10,018 nucleotides of DNA. It comes from Myxococcota bacterium (lineage in GTDB: Bacteria > Myxococcota > JACRCW01). Of the stretch, positions 1 to 5,207 are shown piece after piece. The notes beneath the pieces were generated by a model, which was not told where the DNA came from, searched no databases, and saw nothing but the letters and a program-made list of their open reading frames with translations. The stretch's first letter is position 1. Every line of letters begins with the position of its first letter. The stretch covers positions 1 through 10,018 of the forward strand of contig JBFMGU010000340.1 in NCBI GenBank assembly GCA_040752415.1, read 5' to 3'. The position numbers and the translations under genes are program-made.

Positions 1-19
1 GATTCACTTCTCGCCCCCC

Positions 20-79
20 GGGCTAGGCATTTCCTTCCACTTTGGCCACCTCCACGACGTGGAAATGCCTAGCCCCTAC
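20..79. repeat. REP-like palindromic element (15-bp perfect inverted repeat with a GTAG terminus on the minus strand)
   Basis: GGGCTAGGCATTTCC (20-34) is the exact reverse complement of GGAAATGCCTAGCCC (61-75), with a 26-nt spacer. The right arm is followed by CTAC (76-79), so the minus strand reads GTAG-GGGCTAGGCATTTCC, the layout of GTAG-family REP sequences. Only one copy is visible. Confidence 0.6.
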
Positions 80-456
80 GGCTGCGGCGTCGGCTCACGC
101 CCTGGATACCGGCGGCGCGAGTGCTTCTCGGCCACTGCCGTGACGACGTCAGATGACCACGTAGTACTAACCCCCCGCGTTCAAGCCGCTGCGCGCGCTC
201 GGCCCCTTCCCCAGTACCGTTTTCTCGTCGTCACCGAGTCGGGGAAGGGGGCACGCATTGGGCGCGCGGCATTTTCTCGTCGGGAAGAGACCTGGAACAC
301 ACCGGTCGCCCCCAACGCAACGGCGTGGAGGCGGGATGCCACGTCGTCAGGCCGGCCTTGAACCACGACCGGAACGACTGCCGCCGCCAGGCGCCGCGCA
401 ACCGGCTTGGCGGAAAGGGTTCGTGCTGGCAGTGTCGGGCTTCCAACGTTCCAACC

Positions 457-460
457 GGAG
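457..460 (+). promoter_or_regulatory. Shine-Dalgarno site of the rhodanese gene
   Basis: GGAG lies 7 nt upstream of ATG 468, which opens a signal-peptide-like sequence. Confidence 0.65.
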
Positions 461-467
461 CACAGCC

Positions 468-917
468 ATGAAGGTGAAACACGCGCTGGCCGCCGGCGGG
501 ATGGTCGTGATGGGACTGATGGGCGTGGCCGGCACCAGCGGCTGCGACAAACGTCCCCCCGAGCAATCCCGACCGGAAGAGCCGTTCAAGCGCATGAACG
601 TCGAGGAGCTGGACACCCGCATCAAGGCCGCCAGGGAAGGCCAGGGCAAGCTGCTCATCGTGGACAACAACAGCGAGAGCCGCTTCAAGGAAGGCCACAT
701 CCCCGGCGCCAAGTGGGTGAAGTACTCCGAGGTCAAGGCCGAGGACCTGCCCGCCGACAAGGGCACCACGCTGGTGTTCTACTGCGCCAATGAACATTGA
801 AACGCGTGCCACACCGGCGCCGTGAGCGCCGTCAAACTGGGTTTCACCGACGTCCACATCCTCCCCGCCGGCATTGCGGGCTGGACCAGGGCGGGAAAGC
901 CGGTGGAGAAGGGCTGA
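468..917 (+). CDS. Rhodanese-like domain lipoprotein, putative selenoprotein (149 aa; in-frame TGA 798-800 = Sec111)
   Basis: ATG 468 has an RBS. The N-terminus MKVKHALAAGGMVVMGLMGVAGTSG-C26 looks like a lipoprotein signal. Rhodanese motifs LIVDNN..RFKEGHIPGA and LVFYC precede the TGA. The same frame continues NACHTGAVSAVKLGFTDVHILPAGIAGWTRAGKPVEKG to TGA 915-917, matching the typical rhodanese C-terminus (GF.V..L.GG...W...G.PV). A SECIS-like hairpin follows the TGA. Confidence 0.9.
798..846 (+). promoter_or_regulatory. Putative bacterial SECIS element
   Basis: The upper stem CGGCGC (815-820) / GCGCCG (826-831) closes a 5-nt loop CGUGA (821-825) with G then U at loop positions 2-3. The loop starts 20 nt after the UGA. 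TGAAAC (798-803) can pair with GTTTCA (841-846) as a lower stem containing the UGA. Confidence 0.75.
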
Positions 918-1079
918 TCCCGGGCCGGACGTCCCAACCTCGACGTCACCGGACCGACCTCGCCCCCGCCTCCGCCGGATCCCGACCGATCACAACGTGC
1001 ATTTGCCGCGGCACCTGCTAGAAGGTGGCTTTTGACGCGCCGCGCCATAGCTGCGGCCCCAGCACCTGCGGACCACGAC

Positions 1080-2255
1080 ATGCACATCCTGGATTCCATC
1101 TCCTTTGGCGCCATCGTTGCCGTGCGGGACCGCCTGCTCGCCCAGCAGGCCAATGGCCGGAAGATCTACCGGCTGGAGAGCGGGGACCCGTCCTTTGACG
1201 TGCCGGTGCACGTGCGCGACGCCATGGTGGACGCGCTGCACAAGGGCCAGACGCACTACACCGCGTCCACCGGCATCCAGCCGCTGCGCGACGCCATCCT
1301 GGCCAAGGTCAAGCGGGAGAATCGGCTGCCGGTGGAGAGCGCGGACCAGGTGGTGGTGACCAACGGCGGCATGCACGGGCTCTACCTGACGTTCCGCGCG
1401 CTGCTGAACCCCGGCGACGAGGTCATCCTCCCCGACCCGATGTGGACGGAGATTGCCGAGAACATCCGCCTGGGCGGCGGCGTGCCGGTGACCTGCAAGC
1501 TGCTGGACGGAGAGGGCCTCAGCTACACCGCGGCCAACATCGAACGGCACATCACGCCGCGCACGCGCGCCATCTTCGTCAACACGCCGCACAACCCCAC
1601 GGGCATCGTGATGCCGGAGAAGGAGCTGCGGGCCATCGTGGAGCTGGCGGCGCGCCACAACCTGCGCATCATCAGCGACGAGGCCTACGAGCACGTGATC
1701 TTCGACGGGGTCACGCACACCTCGCTGGGCTCGCTCCCGGGCGCGGAGGAGCGCACCATCAGCCTGTTCTCCATGAGCAAGACCTACGCCATGAGCGGCT
1801 TGCGCATCGGCTACATCGTCTCGCGCGACGCGCCGTTCCTGGAGCGGGTGAAGAAGCTGCTGCGCTGCACCACCAACGGCGTCAACAGCGTGGCGCAGTG
1901 GGGCGCGGCGGCGGCACTCAACGCTCCCCAGGACGCCACGCGCGCCATGGCCGCGGAGTACCAGGTGCGTCGGGACCTGCTGCTGGAGGGGCTCAAGGGC
2001 ATCAAGGCGCTGAAGCCGTTCAAGCCCAGCGGCTCGTTCTTCCTGTGGCTGCAGATCTCGCCGGAGTGGAAGGGCTACAACGGCGCCACCGACGACTGGG
2101 CCATGACCAACTTCCTCATCGACCAGGGCGGCGTGGGCTGCTCCCCGGGTACCGCGTTTGGTCCCGCGGGCGCCGGCTGCGTGCGCCTGGCCTACTCCTG
2201 CGACCGCGCGCAGATCGAGGCGGCGGTGGGCATCATGCGCGGCCTGCTGGCCTGA
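1080..2255 (+). CDS. PLP-dependent aminotransferase, class I/II (aspartate aminotransferase-like fold), 391 aa
   Basis: Motifs THYT..GI..LR.AI, VVTNGG, NTPHNPTG, ISDEAYE, SMSKTYAMSGLRIGY (PLP lysine) and PGTAFG...VRLAY are all present. ATG 1080 is preferred to TTG 1032 because it gives a typical family length; the start is not certain. Confidence 0.95.
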   Translation: MHILDSISFGAIVAVRDRLLAQQANGRKIYRLESGDPSFDVPVHVRDAMVDALHKGQTHYTASTGIQPLRDAILAKVKRENRLPVESADQVVVTNGGMHGLYLTFRALLNPGDEVILPDPMWTEIAENIRLGGGVPVTCKLLDGEGLSYTAANIERHITPRTRAIFVNTPHNPTGIVMPEKELRAIVELAARHNLRIISDEAYEHVIFDGVTHTSLGSLPGAEERTISLFSMSKTYAMSGLRIGYIVSRDAPFLERVKKLLRCTTNGVNSVAQWGAAAALNAPQDATRAMAAEYQVRRDLLLEGLKGIKALKPFKPSGSFFLWLQISPEWKGYNGATDDWAMTNFLIDQGGVGCSPGTAFGPAGAGCVRLAYSCDRAQIEAAVGIMRGLLA

Positions 2256-2274
2256 GTTCCGTCGTCGACGCGCG

Positions 2275-3702
2275 TCAGTCAATCGGCGGTCGTTCCCGTC
2301 GACACTCCCCCAGCTCCATGATCAGGAAGAGCAGCACGCGCTCCTGCGGCACCAGGCCGGCGTGGTGGCCTTCTGTGGTGTGGTACGTCGAGTACAGCAC
2401 GCGGCCGCACCCGTTGGGCTCGAAGGTGACCGTGAGCGGATGCATGCCGCCGCCGTCATTCCAGTCCCCCTCCACCCACGTGGCGGCCTGCTCGTAGACG
2501 GGATTGTTGTTGGGGTCGTAGCCCAGCAGCACGCTCTCCAGCGACTGGATGTGGTTCCAGTTCCCCTCGACGTAGAAGTCACTGGCGTTGATGGGCGAGA
2601 CCGCGCCCCACCCGTCCTGGTCCGGCGCGTACTGCCCGTGCAGCCACGCGCGCAGCCGCTCATCCACCGCGCGACCATGCTGGCTGTCATACCCGGGCGT
2701 GCCATCCCCCTCGCTGTACAGGGACGGCGTGGCGCCGCCGGGTGTGTCGTGGTCGCTCTGGAAGCGGATGAACTCCGGGAACACCACGTCCATCCACTCA
2801 CTGGACCAGTCCGTCACGTACAGCTTTCCGCCCAGTGCCACGTACTGTCGGATGTTCTCCCGCATCTGCGTGCTGTTGAAAAGCTCCGTGTTGGAGCCGT
2901 TGGAGCACGGGATGAAGATGATGTGGTACTGCCGCATGACGTCGAGGTTGCGCATCAACGTGGGCAGGTCCGCAATGCTCTGGTCGGCGTGGTCCCCGGA
3001 GCCGTTGATGTAGAGGTCGAAGCGGCCGTTGGTGCCGGTGAAGTATCCCGAGGCGTCGACGCCGCCGAGCTGCATCTTCCCCAGGATGTCCTCCAGGTTG
3101 TCCCAGAGTCCCTCCGCCACGGCGATGCGCGGAATCCACATCCCTTCCGTCGGGGAATGGCGCGAGGGCAGCACGGTCAGCGCGGAATCCAGCCAGCGGT
3201 CCTCCTGCTCCTCGAGGATGAGCTGCTGCTCGAGGCGGAACTGTCCCTTCTGGATGACGAGCCAGAACGTGCCCGGTGCCACCGAGAGACTGAAGTGGCC
3301 CTTGGCATCCGCGACAACCCAGTTGGGCGGCAGCGGCGTGCACACCTCGCAGTAGACCTCCTGCGGAATGGCGTCGGGGCGGGAGGTGGTGGCGTACACC
3401 ACGGCCCCAGACACCGGGATCTCCTCGTTGAGGGGAACCATGCCCGGCGCGTTGCCCGGCGCCCACACCGTGCCGCGGACGCGCGCGCTCCCCGGCGGCA
3501 CCGGCCCACCGCTCGACGAGGTGCTCCCGCCCCCCGAGCCCGACGAGGTGCTGCCCCCGCCGCTGGTCGACGATGTCCCGCCGCTGCCGTTGCTGCCCGC
3601 GCCGCTGCCCGAGGAGCGTCGCTCCGCGGAGGCCGTGCCGCGCTCCGTGGGACAGGCGGCCAGCACCAGCACCATCACCGTGGCAACACCCAGCGCGCGC
3701 AT
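2275..3702 (-). CDS. Lipoprotein (475 aa): Ser/Gly linker, carboxypeptidase-regulatory-like beta-sandwich, uncharacterised alpha/beta C-terminal domain
   Basis: ATG at 3702 is preceded by GGAGGAG. The signal MRALGVATVMVLVLAA-C has an LAAC lipobox. A low-complexity SG linker follows, then VRGTVWAP..IPVSGAVVY..ADAKGHFSL..LVIQKGQFR, which resembles a prealbumin-like/carboxypeptidase-regulatory domain. The ORF-track extension to 4014 overlaps the ACT gene and is spurious. Confidence 0.85.
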   Translation of the reverse strand: MRALGVATVMVLVLAACPTERGTASAERRSSGSGAGSNGSGGTSSTSGGGSTSSGSGGGSTSSSGGPVPPGSARVRGTVWAPGNAPGMVPLNEEIPVSGAVVYATTSRPDAIPQEVYCEVCTPLPPNWVVADAKGHFSLSVAPGTFWLVIQKGQFRLEQQLILEEQEDRWLDSALTVLPSRHSPTEGMWIPRIAVAEGLWDNLEDILGKMQLGGVDASGYFTGTNGRFDLYINGSGDHADQSIADLPTLMRNLDVMRQYHIIFIPCSNGSNTELFNSTQMRENIRQYVALGGKLYVTDWSSEWMDVVFPEFIRFQSDHDTPGGATPSLYSEGDGTPGYDSQHGRAVDERLRAWLHGQYAPDQDGWGAVSPINASDFYVEGNWNHIQSLESVLLGYDPNNNPVYEQAATWVEGDWNDGGGMHPLTVTFEPNGCGRVLYSTYHTTEGHHAGLVPQERVLLFLIMELGECRRERPPID

Positions 3703-3748
3703 GCGCTCCTCCGTCGCCACCGCGGCGATTGGCGGCGCACCCACCGGC

Positions 3749-4270
3749 TCAGGCGGGCTCGAGGTCCAGGTCGCAGTTGAGCTGGTCGCACAGGGCCTGG
3801 AGCTCGGCGCGCAGGCTCTTGACCTGCACGGTCTGCGGCACGGTGATGCGCAGCTCCATGGTGAACAGCGGCGTGCCCATGAACGGCTGCGACTCCAGAC
3901 GGGTCTGCAGCTCCTCGATGTTGACGCCGTGCTTCTGCAGCAGGTTGCTGACGCGGTGGACAATGCCCGGCTGGTCCATGGAGTACGTCTTGAGCTTGAA
4001 GGGCAGACCGGCAACGGGCGCGGCGGTACCGGCCAGCGCGGCGTAGCTCACCGTCAGCCCACTGCGCTTGGCGGCGTCCTGGAGGGTCTTCTGCACCTCC
4101 GCCAGCTTCTGCTCGGTGCCCTCCACCAGCAGGATGAGCGCGAACTGGCCACGCAGGTTCACCATGCGTGAATCCGCGATGTTGGCGCCGGCGTTGAAGA
4201 GGTGTCCGGTGAATTCCCCCACCAACCCCGGGCGGTCCGGCCCCACGGCGGTGACCACAAGCTGCTGCAT
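3749..4270 (-). CDS. gcvR: Glycine cleavage system regulatory protein R-like (two ACT domains), 173 aa
   Basis: The N-terminal ACT domain reads LVVTAVGPDRPGLV...GANIADSRM..L.GQFALILLV. The second reads YSMDQPGIVHRVSNLL..GVNIEELQT...PLFTMEL, and the protein ends L..LCDQLNCD. Length and layout fit the GcvR family; its regulatory role here is unknown. Confidence 0.85.
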   Translation of the reverse strand: MQQLVVTAVGPDRPGLVGEFTGHLFNAGANIADSRMVNLRGQFALILLVEGTEQKLAEVQKTLQDAAKRSGLTVSYAALAGTAAPVAGLPFKLKTYSMDQPGIVHRVSNLLQKHGVNIEELQTRLESQPFMGTPLFTMELRITVPQTVQVKSLRAELQALCDQLNCDLDLEPA

Positions 4271-4391
4271 GCGCGCCTCCCGATCAGATGCGGAAAGGGA
4301 CCGTTACAGCAGGGCGCCCGCCGGGAAAAGGCGCGTGGCGCCTCCACTTGGGGGTGCCCTATAGTCGTGGGCTTGGCCCCGAGGTGATGGA

Positions 4392-5207
4392 ATGCTTCCC
4401 GGCGTGGCTTTGCTCCTCTCCCTGGCTTGCGCCGCTGGCAGCCAGGCCCCCGACCCCGCAACCTCCCACAGCCTGGCGGTCTTCCCGCTGGAGGCCAAGA
4501 TGGGCGTGCCGGCGCAGGCCGCGGACCTCATCACCGACAACCTGGTGGCGGAGATCCGCGGTGCACGCGCCTTCTTCCGCGTGGTGACGCCGGGAGAGAT
4601 TGCCCAGCTCATGCCGCCGGAGCAGCAGAAGTTCCTGATGCGCTGCGCCTCCGACGAGTGCGTGCTGGTGGACCAGGAGATGGCCGGCGCCCTGGGGGTC
4701 AGTCACCTGCTGGTGGGCAACGTGGGCAAGCTGGGCAACAGCCACCTCATCAACCTCCGCCTCATCGAGCTGCGCACCTCCACGGTGCTGGCCACCCTCA
4801 GTGAGCGCGTCAAGAGCGACAACGTGGAGCAGCTGCTGGACGTGCTCAAGCCGGTGGTGCGTCGGTTGTTGGTGGACGGGGGAATGGTGGCGCCGGAAGC
4901 CCCGGCGACGACGGAGGGCGGGCCCAGCGTGGCGGCGCGGGTGCTGCGCGTGGCCGGCCTGGGCGGCACCGCGTTGAGCGCGCTCCCCGCGGTGTTGGCG
5001 CTGGCGCTGGGCGCGGGTTGGGCCGGCGTGGCGGTGCTGGACCTGGTCGGGGGCTACCGTCCACCCAACGGCCGCCACGCGCTGACGCCGACGCAGGCGC
5101 TGCTGGCCAATGGCCTGCTGGTGGGAACGTGGCTCTCCGGTGCGCTGGCCGTGGTGGGCGGCGCGCTCTTCCTGGCCGTGCTGGCCTCCTCGTGGGTGGT
5201 GCCATGA
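4392..5207 (+). CDS. Exported/membrane protein with a TolB-N/CsgG-like alpha/beta domain and C-terminal hydrophobic helices, 271 aa
   Basis: GAGGTG RBS at 4381-4386 and a hydrophobic signal peptide. The pattern LAVFPLEA..GV....ADLIT..L...I / C.SDEC....E.AGALGV..LLVG.VGKLG.S.LINLRLI resembles TolB-N/CsgG-like domains often seen in myxobacterial proteins (recognised by eye, not by HMM). Two Gly/Ala/Leu-rich hydrophobic segments lie at the C-terminus. Confidence 0.75.
   Translation: MLPGVALLLSLACAAGSQAPDPATSHSLAVFPLEAKMGVPAQAADLITDNLVAEIRGARAFFRVVTPGEIAQLMPPEQQKFLMRCASDECVLVDQEMAGALGVSHLLVGNVGKLGNSHLINLRLIELRTSTVLATLSERVKSDNVEQLLDVLKPVVRRLLVDGGMVAPEAPATTEGGPSVAARVLRVAGLGGTALSALPAVLALALGAGWAGVAVLDLVGGYRPPNGRHALTPTQALLANGLLVGTWLSGALAVVGGALFLAVLASSWVVP

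Noticed and set aside
59..366. Short ORFs 59-361 (+) and 181-366 (-); also tRNA (including tRNA-Sec) or a known riboswitch in this region
   Set aside because: The ORFs lack the codon bias and motifs of the real genes, and I could not identify a cloverleaf or known riboswitch consensus by eye.
258..800. ORF-track version of the rhodanese gene (180 aa, TTG start, ending at TGA 800)
   Set aside because: The first 70 codons are Arg/Pro-rich and non-protein-like, ATG 468 has an RBS and signal peptide, and stopping at 800 would cut the fold at the active site.
798..800. Genome-wide UGA reassignment (Trp/Gly) as the explanation for read-through
   Set aside because: The other genes in the window end at TGA at sensible C-termini (e.g. 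2255, 3749, 5207, 8461) and Trp is encoded by TGG, so recoding must be site-specific.
925..952. Hairpin after the rhodanese stop (GACGTC/GACGTC arms) as an intrinsic terminator
   Set aside because: The stem is short and interrupted and there is no U-tract.
797..1021. 74-aa ORF overlapping the TGA, considered as a separate gene or frameshift continuation
   Set aside because: Its translation is Arg/Pro-rich with no recognisable motif. The rhodanese C-terminus is in the original frame, so no frameshift is needed.
1032..1051. TTGACG as a sigma70 -35 box for the aminotransferase
   Set aside because: There is no -10-like hexamer at 16-18 bp spacing.
990..2282. 430-aa antisense ORF, and similar long shadow ORFs (2158-3780 +, 1442-2497 +, 4846-5736 -, 7468-8565 +)
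   Set aside because: They overlap well-supported genes and are the expected stop-poor shadow frames of high-GC coding DNA; none shows a protein motif.
3703..4014. N-terminal extension of the lipoprotein ORF to 4014
   Set aside because: It overlaps the GcvR-like gene in another frame; ATG 3702 has a strong RBS and a lipoprotein signal.
4336..4365. TATAGT (4360-4365) as the -10 box for the 4392 gene
   Set aside because: The position is plausible, but there is no convincing -35 or extended -10, so support is too thin to list it as a feature.
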